Shown here in pieces: positions 1 through 9,975 of a DNA stretch of 64,000 nt. The notes beneath the pieces were generated by a model, which ran no database searches, was not told the DNA's origin, and was given only the letters and a program-made list of their open reading frames with translations. Source of the stretch: Candidatus Poribacteria bacterium (GTDB taxonomy: Bacteria; Poribacteria; WGA-4E; WGA-3G); contig OZ242029.1 of assembly GCA_965205015.1 (NCBI GenBank), positions 5,248,001-5,312,000 of the forward strand. The letters are read 5' to 3'. Both the position numbers and the translations under genes were made by a program. Numbering within the stretch: position 1 is the stretch's first letter; the number at the start of each line of letters is the position of its first letter.

Positions 1-16
1 ACCGCCCCTAAGGCCC

Positions 17-157
17 GTAGGTTGGGTTGAACGGTATTGGCATCAAACGCCAGTGTGCCAAAATACATCGAATCTGACCCACTCACATCTACCTCTACAA
101 CCGTAGTGAAACCCAACATCTTTCTACAAACGTGTCAGTATGACGTTGGGTTTCGCT
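17..157. repeat. REP-like palindromic element (GTAGGTTGGGTTGA...GAAACCCAAC...GTTGGGTTTC)
   Basis: GTAG-initiated element with internal inverted repeats AAACCCAAC / GTTGGGTTT. Confidence 0.6.
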
Positions 158-276
158 ATCTCGTTGATTGCTATGCGGGTGTAGGGTCCAGATGTGTAAG
201 CCTATCTTGAAGATTCTTGCGTTTCAAGACAGTTTGTGTTATCATATAAAATAGGGCAACTCACTCTCAAGCAGAG

Positions 277-747
277 AAGCACCGAATTTACATTGACGCG
301 ACAATTCCGAGTTATCTGGTTTCTAAACCAAGTTCCATTCCACGGACAGCAGAATGGTAAAAGATTACTCACGAGTTTTGGTATGATGAGCGTTTTGAAT
401 TTATATTGTCAGACCTTGTTATTGCTGAAATATCAATTGGTAATAGAAGTCAAGCAGCAGATAGATTGAAAATCATTGAAGGTTTGACTGTTGTGGATGC
501 TTTAAATTTAGAACGATCACTTGCCCGAAAACTCGTTGCTGAAAAAGCGATTCCAGAAATAGCACTTCCTGATGCTGTCCATGTAGCGGTTGCGGCAATC
601 CATGGTATTCCCTATTTGGCGACATGGAACTTTGCACATCTTGCGAACCCGCGTACTAAACCAAAGATTGAAGAGGTTTGCAGCGAGGCTGGATATTCGC
701 CGCCTCGCATTCAATCCCCGAAAGCGATCTTGGAGGAATTCTCATGA
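277..747 (+). pseudogene. PIN/VapC-family toxin with in-frame TAA at 358-360 and no clear start codon
   Basis: The frame of ORF 406..747 extends upstream as KHRIYIDATIPSYLVSKPSSIPRTAEW*KITHEFW; PIN motifs IYIDAT, DAVHVAVA and TWNFAHLAN are present. Confidence 0.75.
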
Positions 748-947
748 ATGACAAAATTTTGGAAGAATGTCGACAGGCGAAAGAACGGATTGCAGTGCTA
801 TTCGGGGACGTGGATGCCCTTATGGATTTTATAATGAAACGTCGGGAACAACGAATAAAACAGGGCGTGAAATACGCAGACTTCTCACCCTATCGCAAAA
901 AGAAGCAGGGAAAATCCGATTCCTCAACTTGTCCAGATACCGAATAA
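744..947 (+). CDS. Small protein coupled to the PIN gene (putative antitoxin-like partner)
   Basis: ATGA overlap with the PIN stop, GGAGG RBS, MNDKILEECRQAKERI... Confidence 0.6.
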   Translation: MNDKILEECRQAKERIAVLFGDVDALMDFIMKRREQRIKQGVKYADFSPYRKKKQGKSDSSTCPDTE

Positions 948-958
948 ATATAAGTAGC

Positions 959-1042
959 ATGAAGTTAACCATTTGTCACAATGCGGGTTGTTCGCCGCCC
1001 CGTATTGATACACCAGAGGCAATAATGGAGGAACTCTCATGA
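959..1042 (+). pseudogene. C-terminal remnant of a second PIN toxin copy
   Basis: CHNAGCSPPRIDTPEAIMEELS parallels CSEAGYSPPRIQSPKAILEEFS of the first PIN gene. Confidence 0.65.
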
Positions 1043-1224
1043 ATGATGAAATTTTGAAAGGATGCCTTGATGCCAAAGCACGTCTTGTCGCACTTTTTGG
1101 AGACTTAGAGACCTATATGGAATTTATGACGAAAAAACAGGAAAAGGAGATGAAGGAAGGCAAAAAGAAATACATAGACTTACCAATCGTCCGGATAAAG
1201 AAATCCGAAAAGTCTGATGCCTAA
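1039..1224 (+). CDS. Paralog of the 744..947 small partner protein
   Basis: MNDEILKGCLDAKARLVALFGD vs MNDKILEECRQAKERIAVLFGD; same ATGA coupling and RBS. Confidence 0.6.
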   Translation: MNDEILKGCLDAKARLVALFGDLETYMEFMTKKQEKEMKEGKKKYIDLPIVRIKKSEKSDA

Positions 1225-1242
1225 GTTTCAAGTTGACACGTA

Positions 1243-4200
1243 CTACCTCCTATCCCCTGGACTCCATTTCATCACATAGTTGGACGGAATCTCTCGGATG
1301 AACATGGACGACGCACGATCCCTGTCCCCAAAACGGTAGGTGACAGAACTCAGATAAAGTTGTGCTTGTGCCCGGGTCATACCGACATAGAAAAGACGGC
1401 GTTCTTCCTCAAGGTCTGCTTCCGTGATGTCCTGCCGCCACATCGGAAAACTCCCCTCCTCCATACCGATAATGATAACGACCGGAAATTCTGTCCCTTT
1501 CGCGGCATGCAAGGTCATTAACGTCAACTGCTCCGTCTTATCGTCAAGTTCATCAATATTGGTGAGGAGTTTCTGGTAATCCAGGAAGTCGATAAGCCTG
1601 TGTTCATCGCTAATCAGTTCGAAGTGAAGAACTGCGTTCATGAACTGAATTCGGCGTTGTCGCCAGTCAGCATCTTCTGGGAACTCACGGACGGTACCAT
1701 GCTGTAACGTTTCTATGTATTCTCTCGCTTGCGCCGCTTCTGTTGGGTCAAGGGGTAGATTCTCCAGAGATACGATGTTGTGTGTCTGGACGAAGCGTTT
1801 CGCAACATTTAAAAACGTATCCGTCTCCGTTAAGGCTTCCTCTGGACGGGTGCCTGCCTCGGTTTTCGCAAGGATACCGAGTCCAACGAAGGGTAGCAAT
1901 TCCGTGAGGGATTTCGCCTCGCGTTTGTGAGCGTCAATTCTGATAAGTTCTTTAAATATCTCTCGATTGACTCTGACATCCTCCAAGGCGCTGTGCAAAC
2001 GCCCGTGCTCAATCTCAAATTTTTCAGCAAGCGCACTCATGCTACACCGTTGTCGTGGGAAAAGCCTGCGCGCTGTCGCGAGTGTATCGTAATGGGGTGC
2101 CGATAAACCCATTTTCAAATATCTTCTAAGGTCTCGCGCAAGGATGGGGTTGTCATATTCCGCTACATTGTGTCCAATCAGGATCCGGTCCTGGATAAAT
2201 CCAAGGAATTCAGGCAACACCATTTCGATGCCCGGTGAGGTCTTGACTGTTTCTGTATCAATGCCATGGACGCGTGTCGCTGACTGCGGGATGTGTCCTC
2301 CTGGCGGTCTGACTAAACGATAATACCGCTCAACTTCATCTCCGATTGCGCTGAGACGGTGCGCCGCGATCTCAACGATTTCTGCCGTTTTCGGATTGAG
2401 CCCTGTCGTCTCCAAATCGTAAACGACCATATCCGCCATGTTTGGCGTTTCAAAACGATTCACCAGACGTTGGCAGAGTTTGAGTGCCGTTATGCTGTGA
2501 ATCCCTTCCGTTTTCAGGTGAAGCACGTCCGTATTCACTGTGTCCGCTGTGCCGATGAGGAGTGTCCGTGCGTCCCGCGCACTGTCTCCGATGTCCTCGA
2601 AATTGCCGATGAGCAGATGGACCCCGTTTTCGTTCGATTTCGGTCTGTTTCCCTCAGGTGGCAACAATTGGAGTTGCGGGGTGTGATTGAGGTAGGTTTC
2701 AAGCGTCTGGTAGATAATGTGTGCTGCGCAATACTCGTCAATCCCGTGGCTGGCGGTAATCTGGACCGGTTCACCGAGCGTTAGCGCGCTGTAGAAAACA
2801 TCTTGGGCGGTTACCAGATTCGGCATCTCAGGTTGTTTTTCGATAACTTCCAGCTCTTCCGCGCGATAGGGGGTGCGAGAGCGTTCCAAAGTATCAAAAA
2901 GTTTCGGGATAATTTTATCCACCTGCTCGTCTTTAATGTCAATGGATAACCTCTCCAGTTGGGTCCAGAACTGACGAACATTTCGGCGCGTTAGGGGACC
3001 GACATCCTGTGGATACGCTTCGATATTTTTCAAAAGCTCGACAAAAGCGACATCTTTACGGTGTGCGAGCCACTTCAAGCGCACCCATGTGAGGTCGTCG
3101 ATACAGGTTTCAGGAAAGTTGATGGCGCTTTCCAGGTCTTGAGGGAGTTGCCACTGGATGAAACGGAGATACGCCAGGATACCTTTGCTATTCCCTTCGG
3201 CAAAGGAGTGAATCGGTTGAATCCGCTGGAATGGGATAGGTTTCCGTAGCAACTGTTCTTCCAGAACGTCGGCGAGCCTGTGCGTCCGGTAAAAGATGGC
3301 AATATCGCGGTAGGAATAGTTGCGTTGCGTTACCAAGTTCTGGATAACACTGATGATGTTGCGTGCTTCGGATACCGGTGTGTCAAAGGTATAGTGAAAG
3401 ATGTCGCGTCCCGCGTCTTTATGGGTTCTGAGGGTGTGCTGTTTCTGTCGTTCCGTGTTCCGGGAGATGACCTCCTCCGCAGCGCGTAAAATCTTCTCGC
3501 TACACCGATAATGGTCGTCCAAAGCAAATTCTATCGGCGTGTAATCGGTTCTGAAGTCATCAATATACGCTGGATTCGAGCCGCGCCAACTATAGATCGC
3601 TTGATCTTCATCAGCAACGACCATGAGGTTGTGTTCGGGCGGCGCGCAGAGCAGTTGGAGGAGGCGATACTGCACACTGTTCACATCGTGGAATTCGTCT
3701 ACGAGGATATGGGTGATTGTTTGGTGATAGTCTTGTTGGACGTCTTCCACCTGTTCAAACAATTCGACGGTTTTCACAAGGAGATCGTCGAAATCGAGCG
3801 CATCGTATTCCGTGAGTTTGTCTTGGTAGCTACGCAGGACACTTCGGAGGTTCTCGACGGTTTCTGGATCGTGAATGTTCGAGGTATCTACTGCGTCAAC
3901 GGGATTCTGTGATTTACATTTCGCATCGCTGATAATGTTCCGCAGCAACCACGGCGGATAGTCATCGGTGTTGAGGTTCAACGCACGGACGCTTTCTGTT
4001 AATATCTCATCTTGGAGTTCCTGATCGAAGATGGTGAAGTTTTCGCTTAATCCGATCCGCAGGGCGTGCTTTCGGAGCACTTTAACACAAAATGCATGGA
4101 AGGTGCTGACCTTAATGTTGGAACCGTGCGGTTCGCCGATCTCGGTGTTGACGCGTTCCTGCATCTCTTGCGCGGCTTTGTTGGTAAAAGTGATCGCAAG

Positions 4201-4362
4201 GATGTTCTCCGCCTTGATGCCGTGTTCGCGAATCAGATATGCGATACGGTGTGTGATGACTCGTGTTTTCCCCGTGCCGGGACCTGCGATAACAAGGAGT
4301 GGACCCTTTTCGTGTGTTACGGCTGCTCTCTGTTTTTCATTTAATTCATGGAGAATGTTCAT
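1243..4362 (-). CDS. UvrD/PcrA SF1 helicase with inserted degenerate DHH-like segment and DEDDh (DnaQ-like) 3'-5' exonuclease domain
   Basis: AGPGTGKT Walker A, TFTNKAA, VDEFHD, TLHAAKGTEF, EERRLFYVGMTRA; internal VYDLETTG...HNVAEYD...HSALED. Confidence 0.9.
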   Translation of the reverse strand: MNILHELNEKQRAAVTHEKGPLLVIAGPGTGKTRVITHRIAYLIREHGIKAENILAITFTNKAAQEMQERVNTEIGEPHGSNIKVSTFHAFCVKVLRKHALRIGLSENFTIFDQELQDEILTESVRALNLNTDDYPPWLLRNIISDAKCKSQNPVDAVDTSNIHDPETVENLRSVLRSYQDKLTEYDALDFDDLLVKTVELFEQVEDVQQDYHQTITHILVDEFHDVNSVQYRLLQLLCAPPEHNLMVVADEDQAIYSWRGSNPAYIDDFRTDYTPIEFALDDHYRCSEKILRAAEEVISRNTERQKQHTLRTHKDAGRDIFHYTFDTPVSEARNIISVIQNLVTQRNYSYRDIAIFYRTHRLADVLEEQLLRKPIPFQRIQPIHSFAEGNSKGILAYLRFIQWQLPQDLESAINFPETCIDDLTWVRLKWLAHRKDVAFVELLKNIEAYPQDVGPLTRRNVRQFWTQLERLSIDIKDEQVDKIIPKLFDTLERSRTPYRAEELEVIEKQPEMPNLVTAQDVFYSALTLGEPVQITASHGIDEYCAAHIIYQTLETYLNHTPQLQLLPPEGNRPKSNENGVHLLIGNFEDIGDSARDARTLLIGTADTVNTDVLHLKTEGIHSITALKLCQRLVNRFETPNMADMVVYDLETTGLNPKTAEIVEIAAHRLSAIGDEVERYYRLVRPPGGHIPQSATRVHGIDTETVKTSPGIEMVLPEFLGFIQDRILIGHNVAEYDNPILARDLRRYLKMGLSAPHYDTLATARRLFPRQRCSMSALAEKFEIEHGRLHSALEDVRVNREIFKELIRIDAHKREAKSLTELLPFVGLGILAKTEAGTRPEEALTETDTFLNVAKRFVQTHNIVSLENLPLDPTEAAQAREYIETLQHGTVREFPEDADWRQRRIQFMNAVLHFELISDEHRLIDFLDYQKLLTNIDELDDKTEQLTLMTLHAAKGTEFPVVIIIGMEEGSFPMWRQDITEADLEEERRLFYVGMTRAQAQLYLSSVTYRFGDRDRASSMFIREIPSNYVMKWSPGDRR

Positions 4363-4654
4363 CGGGTTTCCCTCCGTACATTCTGTCCGAAATTTGTGTG
4401 TTTTTTACAGGCGGTGTGATATAATATTTATAGTGAATCAGTAGTTACCACTGTGGATAAACCTATGATTATTATACCTGATTTAACGCTGAAAAGCAAG
4501 GTATTTTCAGCGCGGATTCGTAGTCTCGCTGGATGGTAAGACCCTCATACATGGAGGATTTGACCACAAAATCCGGTTTTGGGACATTCATACGAATTGT
4601 CTTCTCTCTGATGTCGTCTGAGACTATATATTGTTAAAAAATACGTGAACACTT

Positions 4655-4679
4655 GTAGGGGCAGGTCTTGTACCTGCCC
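4655..4679. repeat. REP-like palindrome
   Basis: GTAGGGGCAGGTCTTGTACCTGCCC hairpin. Confidence 0.55.
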
Positions 4680-4882
4680 AAAACGCTTAATTAATTCTAT
4701 GTAACAGCACACAACCTCTGTCGTTAATATTTTGCGTATAACGGTCAAAGGAGTGCCTAATATTTTAACGCGACTTACGCAGTAAGCACGCCTATTGAGA
4801 AGGGGCTCAGACAAATTGTGTGGGTCCTAACTTTGAGATATAATAACACACAACGTGTGTCTACTGCTTTGAAAGGAATAGA

Positions 4883-5917
4883 ATGGAATATTTGAACGTA
4901 TTGAAAAACGTAACCTTTTTAGGGATCGTAATTCTTTTAATTTCTACCTGCGGCTGTGAGAAGGTTCAGAAGATGACACCTCCCGATCAGTCAGAGACGA
5001 TGGATTCTGCGTCGATTCAGGTGAGCGTTGTGTATCCTGGCGAGTGCCTTGGGGATTCCTCCTACTGTGATGTGCTTTATAACGGTGCCCAGAAAGCAAA
5101 AACGGAACTCGGGGTCGCTATAACCGAAATGGAAAGCAACGCAGAGACGTGGGACATGCGTTTACAGGAAGCCGCTCAGACCTCGGGCTTGGTTATCACT
5201 TCGGGTTACCAGATGGCGGATCCGGTCTCACGCGTGGCACCGGAGTTCCCAGACGTGATATTTGTCATTTTTGATACCGCGGTGGAGCTTCCGAATGTAG
5301 TATCTTTCACGCACAGAGTGAACGAAGGCACGTTTCTACTGGGAGCGATCGCTGGGTTAAAAACGGAAACTGGGAAAGTCGGCTACCTCGGTGGGGCGGA
5401 TGTCCCGCTGATACACGAATTTGAAGCTGGCTACGTTGCGGGTGTCAAAGCCGTGAATCCAGACGCAGAGATCATCAAAGGTTACGTTGCCGATGATGAA
5501 CGAGGATTTTACCAACCAGAGGTCGGAGGAACAATCGCTTTAACCCAATATGGGCTCGGTGTTGATGTCATCTACACAATGGCAGACCAGTCGGGGTTCG
5601 GCGCGATTGAAGCCGCGAAACTCGCAGAAGGCAGATATGTGATATGGAATTACATTGATATTACGGATGTCGCACCTGGCGTCGTCCTAACGGGACTGCG
5701 CGTCGGAATCGACGACTCTGTCTATAGCGTTATCCAAGCGTTCGCCGCTGGCGACTTAATGCCGGGCGTTCACTCGCTCGGTCTCGCTGAGGACAAGGTC
5801 GGTTATATGCTGGGTGAAGGCAACAGCGATCTGCTTTCTGAAGAACTCCTCGAAAAAGTTGAGGCACTGAAAGCAGGCATCATCGCTGGTGAGATTATGG
5901 TGCCGACGATGCCGTAA
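4883..5917 (+). CDS. BMP-family (PnrA-like) substrate-binding lipoprotein
   Basis: Signal peptide with lipobox-like CGC; KVGYLGGADVPLIHEFEAGYVAGVKAVNP; C-terminal KAGIIAGEIMVP. Confidence 0.85.
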   Translation: MEYLNVLKNVTFLGIVILLISTCGCEKVQKMTPPDQSETMDSASIQVSVVYPGECLGDSSYCDVLYNGAQKAKTELGVAITEMESNAETWDMRLQEAAQTSGLVITSGYQMADPVSRVAPEFPDVIFVIFDTAVELPNVVSFTHRVNEGTFLLGAIAGLKTETGKVGYLGGADVPLIHEFEAGYVAGVKAVNPDAEIIKGYVADDERGFYQPEVGGTIALTQYGLGVDVIYTMADQSGFGAIEAAKLAEGRYVIWNYIDITDVAPGVVLTGLRVGIDDSVYSVIQAFAAGDLMPGVHSLGLAEDKVGYMLGEGNSDLLSEELLEKVEALKAGIIAGEIMVPTMP

Positions 5918-6004
5918 CCCTGGACTGCGTTTTATTTTTGGTTGTAAAAATATTTCAACGATGGGCGGATTGAACTCCGCCCTATACAACGTAACTGTGA
6001 TCGT

Positions 6005-6028
6005 TAGCGAGGTTTCCACACCTCGCTA
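6005..6028. repeat. GCGAGGTT-N-ACCTCGC palindrome (recurrent family; possible terminator between convergent genes)
   Basis: TAGCGAGGTTTCCACACCTCGCTA; related copies near 22043, 27445 and 44749. Confidence 0.55.
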
Positions 6029-6035
6029 TTTTATT

Positions 6036-6836
6036 TTACGGCTTGGTATCGGTATTGACGGGCGGTTCGTCGTTGTTCAAGAACCGTTCAATCGTGTTTA
6101 TCGTTGCTGGGCTTGTGCGGAAATCGGCAACCCACGGTTCACGGAAATATGCCTGCTTGTCACGCGGGAGCGCGGAGATTACTTCGGGAGGCGTCTTCAA
6201 CCGATGCCAGTGCGTCGCGAGGTGTGCGTAGGCGTTTAGCACTGCGACGCGCGGCGCGTCTCTTTGCCACACGGGACCCGCATGACATAGGTTCTCGGTA
6301 AAGAAGATCGCACTGCCTGCTGGACAGTCATACGACATCAGGAACGGACTCCGTTTCCCTGCCTCTAATGACATGTGATCTGCATGCATCGGGAAGTTAG
6401 ACTTATGGCTGCCCGCGATGAAGTGTGTCGCCCCGTCCTTTTTGGTGACATCTGTGAGTTCAAAGACGACGCGCACCATGCCTGCGTGAATCCGTCCATT
6501 ATTGAAGCGGTACCCGAAAATAGGATCCCCTTGTTGCGGTCCACCCCCGTGGAGCCCACCGTGTTCCTGTCCTTTTTCACGCCAGACGGAGGAACAGTTC
6601 TCTAATCGAACGTCAGGTCCGATGATTTCGTGCAAGACATCGAGCACCTTCGGGTGATCGATGAGGACACTCGCCGGACCGCCCGGCACGGCGCGCTGTT
6701 CTGGTGGTAAAGACTCTGGATTGTGATGTATCCGTTCAATCTGCTCAACGATTGCATCGACTTCGTCGCGTTCAAGGATCGCGGGACGGACGAGAAATCC
6801 GCTCAAGTCGAATCGAAATTTTTCTTCGTCAGTCAT
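6036..6836 (-). CDS. PhyH-family Fe(II)/2-oxoglutarate oxygenase (HxG variant)
   Basis: FDLSGFLV start, DGATHFIAGSHKSN, AGSAIFFTENLCHAG; first ligand motif reads LHGG. Confidence 0.8.
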   Translation of the reverse strand: MTDEEKFRFDLSGFLVRPAILERDEVDAIVEQIERIHHNPESLPPEQRAVPGGPASVLIDHPKVLDVLHEIIGPDVRLENCSSVWREKGQEHGGLHGGGPQQGDPIFGYRFNNGRIHAGMVRVVFELTDVTKKDGATHFIAGSHKSNFPMHADHMSLEAGKRSPFLMSYDCPAGSAIFFTENLCHAGPVWQRDAPRVAVLNAYAHLATHWHRLKTPPEVISALPRDKQAYFREPWVADFRTSPATINTIERFLNNDEPPVNTDTKP

Positions 6837-6937
6837 TGGTTTGTATTTCCCTCCTTAATTCTTTTGGAGTAAGGGATTATATCGTATTTCCATTTCACTA
6901 CAAACATCTTTGGAAGTCACAGAATTTTAGAATCTCT

Positions 6938-7453
6938 CTACCCTTTCAAAACTAAGGCAAGATTCCTTGGTTCGCCACATTTACGTCTCTTAATGGCAGC
7001 GTTTCTATTAAGGAAACGAACTTTAGCACGTTCGAGTTCGCGGAGTTCAAATCTGTCGATGCGTTTACCGTGGAACAGAGTAGGAACGCATGTGACTTCG
7101 AGCGTGCTGAGTGCCGCCTCCACCTCTTTGGGTAATTTTCCAAATAGTTCTGTGACGAAGTCAGCGCCGCTTTGCAGCTGGCCGGCTACTGTTGATGTTT
7201 TAAAAGTCCCACTTTTGAGTTCTATGAGGACAACAGCCAAATTCCTTTGAGAAGCATCCCCACAGAAGACGATATAATCACATCGTTTCGTGTCTATCTT
7301 ACGTTGTTCAAACTCACATTCAAGATTTACGATAACCCGGTCAGATGGAATATCCGTCAAATAGACTCGACATCCATCTCCACTACAGGATTTGCTAATG
7401 CATTCTTCATTTACCTGCTTCCCAATTGCTGCAAGAAGCTCTCTTAATCCCAC
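6938..7453 (-). CDS. Hypothetical protein, PD-(D/E)XK nuclease-like, downstream of AAA ATPase
   Basis: KRCDYIVF...VLIELKSG motif; starts 6 nt after the ATPase stop. Confidence 0.55.
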   Translation of the reverse strand: MGLRELLAAIGKQVNEECISKSCSGDGCRVYLTDIPSDRVIVNLECEFEQRKIDTKRCDYIVFCGDASQRNLAVVLIELKSGTFKTSTVAGQLQSGADFVTELFGKLPKEVEAALSTLEVTCVPTLFHGKRIDRFELRELERAKVRFLNRNAAIKRRKCGEPRNLALVLKG

Positions 7454-7459
7454 TCGCTG

Positions 7460-8902
7460 CTACCTCCTACCAACTTCCTCAAGTAGATCTTGGAGGTTCA
7501 CAGAACGGTCGTAGAGTTTATAAGCCACATCTTCGTAATCTTTCGGTTCTATGCCTTCAGTGGGATCAAACGGAATAGATTTTACTCTCTCATCCTTTTG
7601 AAACCACCATGTTCCGACTTCTTCAGGCAATAGCCAATGTGTTGGTGACATCACTTCCACTTTTGGAACCCCTTTTCTCTTAAGGTCTCCTATCCGAATC
7701 AGATTCGCGATTTCTTTGAGCAGCCAATCGCTGTGGGTTGTCACAACCACACGCACACCGGCGCGGACTAAGCCCGCGAGGGTTAGTGCTATCTCAGTTT
7801 GTGCCCCCGGGTGCAAGTGTGCTTCCGGTTCCTCAATGATAAGCGTATCGCCAGGACGAATCCCACCACGGAGAAAAAGCACAACAGGAGCAAGTTCAGA
7901 CACCATGGATGCTGTGCGTGTAAGACGCATATCCTCTTTTGTTTCTTGTGGCCGATAGAGAAATTCTGGATATCCACTTGGTGTAGGTTTTATAAGTATC
8001 TGTCCCGCGAGCACGTCAGATTCTATGGCTCCGGCAAGGCGTGTTATTTCTTTCTCAGGTGCTTGGGATTCTTCATAGAGGATAAGTTGTTGCATAAAGT
8101 CTGCAACGATTCCTGAGAACGTTGGAATTTCCAATGGCGTGAGACCTCCACGCGTCGCACGCTCGACCAGTGAGCTCGCAATCACCCGGTGACTCTGCAT
8201 AATACCACTTCGGGCAGCTGGTAGATAGAATCTTTTTTCTCGATGTTTGTCTAATTCAATAGCGGCCCAGAAAAATAAATCATCAATGTCAAGTTCCTTA
8301 TGTGAGTGTGAGATCAACGAATCTTTGTCGTAAATCATTAAATCTTCGTTGATTGAACCGCGTGCCACAAGATTTGATTCGCAGCCCTCCAGCTTGAAAT
8401 CCCATAGGCACAGGTTTTCCCTCTTGACTTCCAGAGAGATATTCATCTCACGACGTTGACCGTTTTTTAAGCGAATCAATTCTGTAATTGAATTTAAGTC
8501 AAAGCAGCGCTTGAGCTCGTTCGCTGTGATTTCTGGATCCTTGAGGTCTGACTCTAAGCTGGCACGAATTTCTGGTGGCAAATCTGAAAACTTAATAGAT
8601 TCATTAGATGTGTTTAGTTTTTTGAGAATTGAGCGAATCGCATTCCAATTCTGATTTAACAAGTCATTGAAACCGTGTATACCTAAGCGTTTGAATCGCC
8701 CTGGGAATTTTGAGTGTCCTGTAAAAACGCCGTCTAACGCATAGATAAGCGTGGAGAAATAGGTCTTTCCTGTGTTGCTCGGGCCTACAAACACTGTCAA
8801 CGGACACAGATCAATTTTGGCTTCTGCAATCGGACCGAAATTCTTAACAGCGATTTCAACATTTGGGTGTTTAAGCGTTTCAGGCGTTTTTGTTTGGGTC
8901 AT
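7460..8902 (-). CDS. AAA_15/AAA_21-type ABC-like ATPase
   Basis: KNFGPI, VGPSNTGKT Walker A, IIEEPEAHLHP Walker B/D-loop, TTHS. Confidence 0.85.
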   Translation of the reverse strand: MTQTKTPETLKHPNVEIAVKNFGPIAEAKIDLCPLTVFVGPSNTGKTYFSTLIYALDGVFTGHSKFPGRFKRLGIHGFNDLLNQNWNAIRSILKKLNTSNESIKFSDLPPEIRASLESDLKDPEITANELKRCFDLNSITELIRLKNGQRREMNISLEVKRENLCLWDFKLEGCESNLVARGSINEDLMIYDKDSLISHSHKELDIDDLFFWAAIELDKHREKRFYLPAARSGIMQSHRVIASSLVERATRGGLTPLEIPTFSGIVADFMQQLILYEESQAPEKEITRLAGAIESDVLAGQILIKPTPSGYPEFLYRPQETKEDMRLTRTASMVSELAPVVLFLRGGIRPGDTLIIEEPEAHLHPGAQTEIALTLAGLVRAGVRVVVTTHSDWLLKEIANLIRIGDLKRKGVPKVEVMSPTHWLLPEEVGTWWFQKDERVKSIPFDPTEGIEPKDYEDVAYKLYDRSVNLQDLLEEVGRR

Positions 8903-9975
8903 TGGAATTTCTCCCTATTTTCTCTGTGAAATGCCTGAACAGCGTCAACGAGTTTATCTGCACCGAACCGCACGACATCCGTTGCAGGTAACCCCGTCTC
9001 TGCCTCCGCTTGACGAACCGCCTCGCGTGCTTCATCTTCAGACAAATCAAAGCAATTCAAAGCGAGTCCAATCACTTTAGCAGGTTTTATCGGTGCCGCC
9101 ATCGCTTCATACTGTGCTATCATCTCAGGAACCGAGGGCAACGGCACTGTATACCGAGCAACCGTATCCCGCGAGGGTTGATGACAGAATATCATCGCAT
9201 CGGGGAGGCTGCCGTGGAGCAGGCTTAACGTTACACCGGAATACCCTGGATGAACGAGTGAACCCTGTCCTTCAACGATAAGCAGTGAGTGATCTTCCGC
9301 ACCCGCAAGCACAATCTGCTCGGCGGCACCGGCGGTGAAATCAGAGACGACTGCATCGATCGCGATACCCCAGCCCCAAACCATAATCCCATTTTGTCCC
9401 GTTGGACAGAATTCGGCATCCAAACCGCGCTCGCGTGCCGCACGTGTGACCTCTATACCGGATAGCATTTTACCGACGCGGCAATCTGAACCCACGGTGA
9501 GGATCACTGTAGCATTGACATCATCGGCTTTACACGTCGCGACGGGTAAGTTGGCAGGCGGTTTCCGGGCATCCCATAACAGGACATCGTGTGCCGCGGC
9601 GAGTTCTACGAGTTCTGGGTCCTCACTCAGGAATTGGTGCAAGCCACTCATAATATGGAGTCGATTGTGTATCGCTTCGTGGAGGATTGCACGCCAAGCA
9701 TGCGGCAACTCGCCGCCGGGGGGTGCAATGCCGATAGCAAGCATCGTCGGCTCGAATTGCATCGCCTCGGCGAGATCCCGGACAATCGGTATACCTTCCC
9801 CGATCTCGATAATTTCGCTGGTATCTCGTCCCGCGTTTTCACTGTCGATAACTGCGACAACGTTTTCAGGGAGATAGCGAACTAAGACCGTAGCGGTTTT
9901 CGATTCGAGGATACCGAACGAACCTTCAGCAAGAATCGCGATTCTGTGTGATTTCGGTTGTAATTGCTTTACCAT
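8899..9975 (-). CDS. DUF1611-family P-loop protein
   Basis: KTATVLVRY, GIAPPGG, SGLHQFL, TVGSDCRVGKM, TGQNG, VEGQGSLVHPGYSGVTLSLLHGS. Confidence 0.85.
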   Translation of the reverse strand: MVKQLQPKSHRIAILAEGSFGILESKTATVLVRYLPENVVAVIDSENAGRDTSEIIEIGEGIPIVRDLAEAMQFEPTMLAIGIAPPGGELPHAWRAILHEAIHNRLHIMSGLHQFLSEDPELVELAAAHDVLLWDARKPPANLPVATCKADDVNATVILTVGSDCRVGKMLSGIEVTRAARERGLDAEFCPTGQNGIMVWGWGIAIDAVVSDFTAGAAEQIVLAGAEDHSLLIVEGQGSLVHPGYSGVTLSLLHGSLPDAMIFCHQPSRDTVARYTVPLPSVPEMIAQYEAMAAPIKPAKVIGLALNCFDLSEDEAREAVRQAEAETGLPATDVVRFGADKLVDAVQAFHRENREKFQ

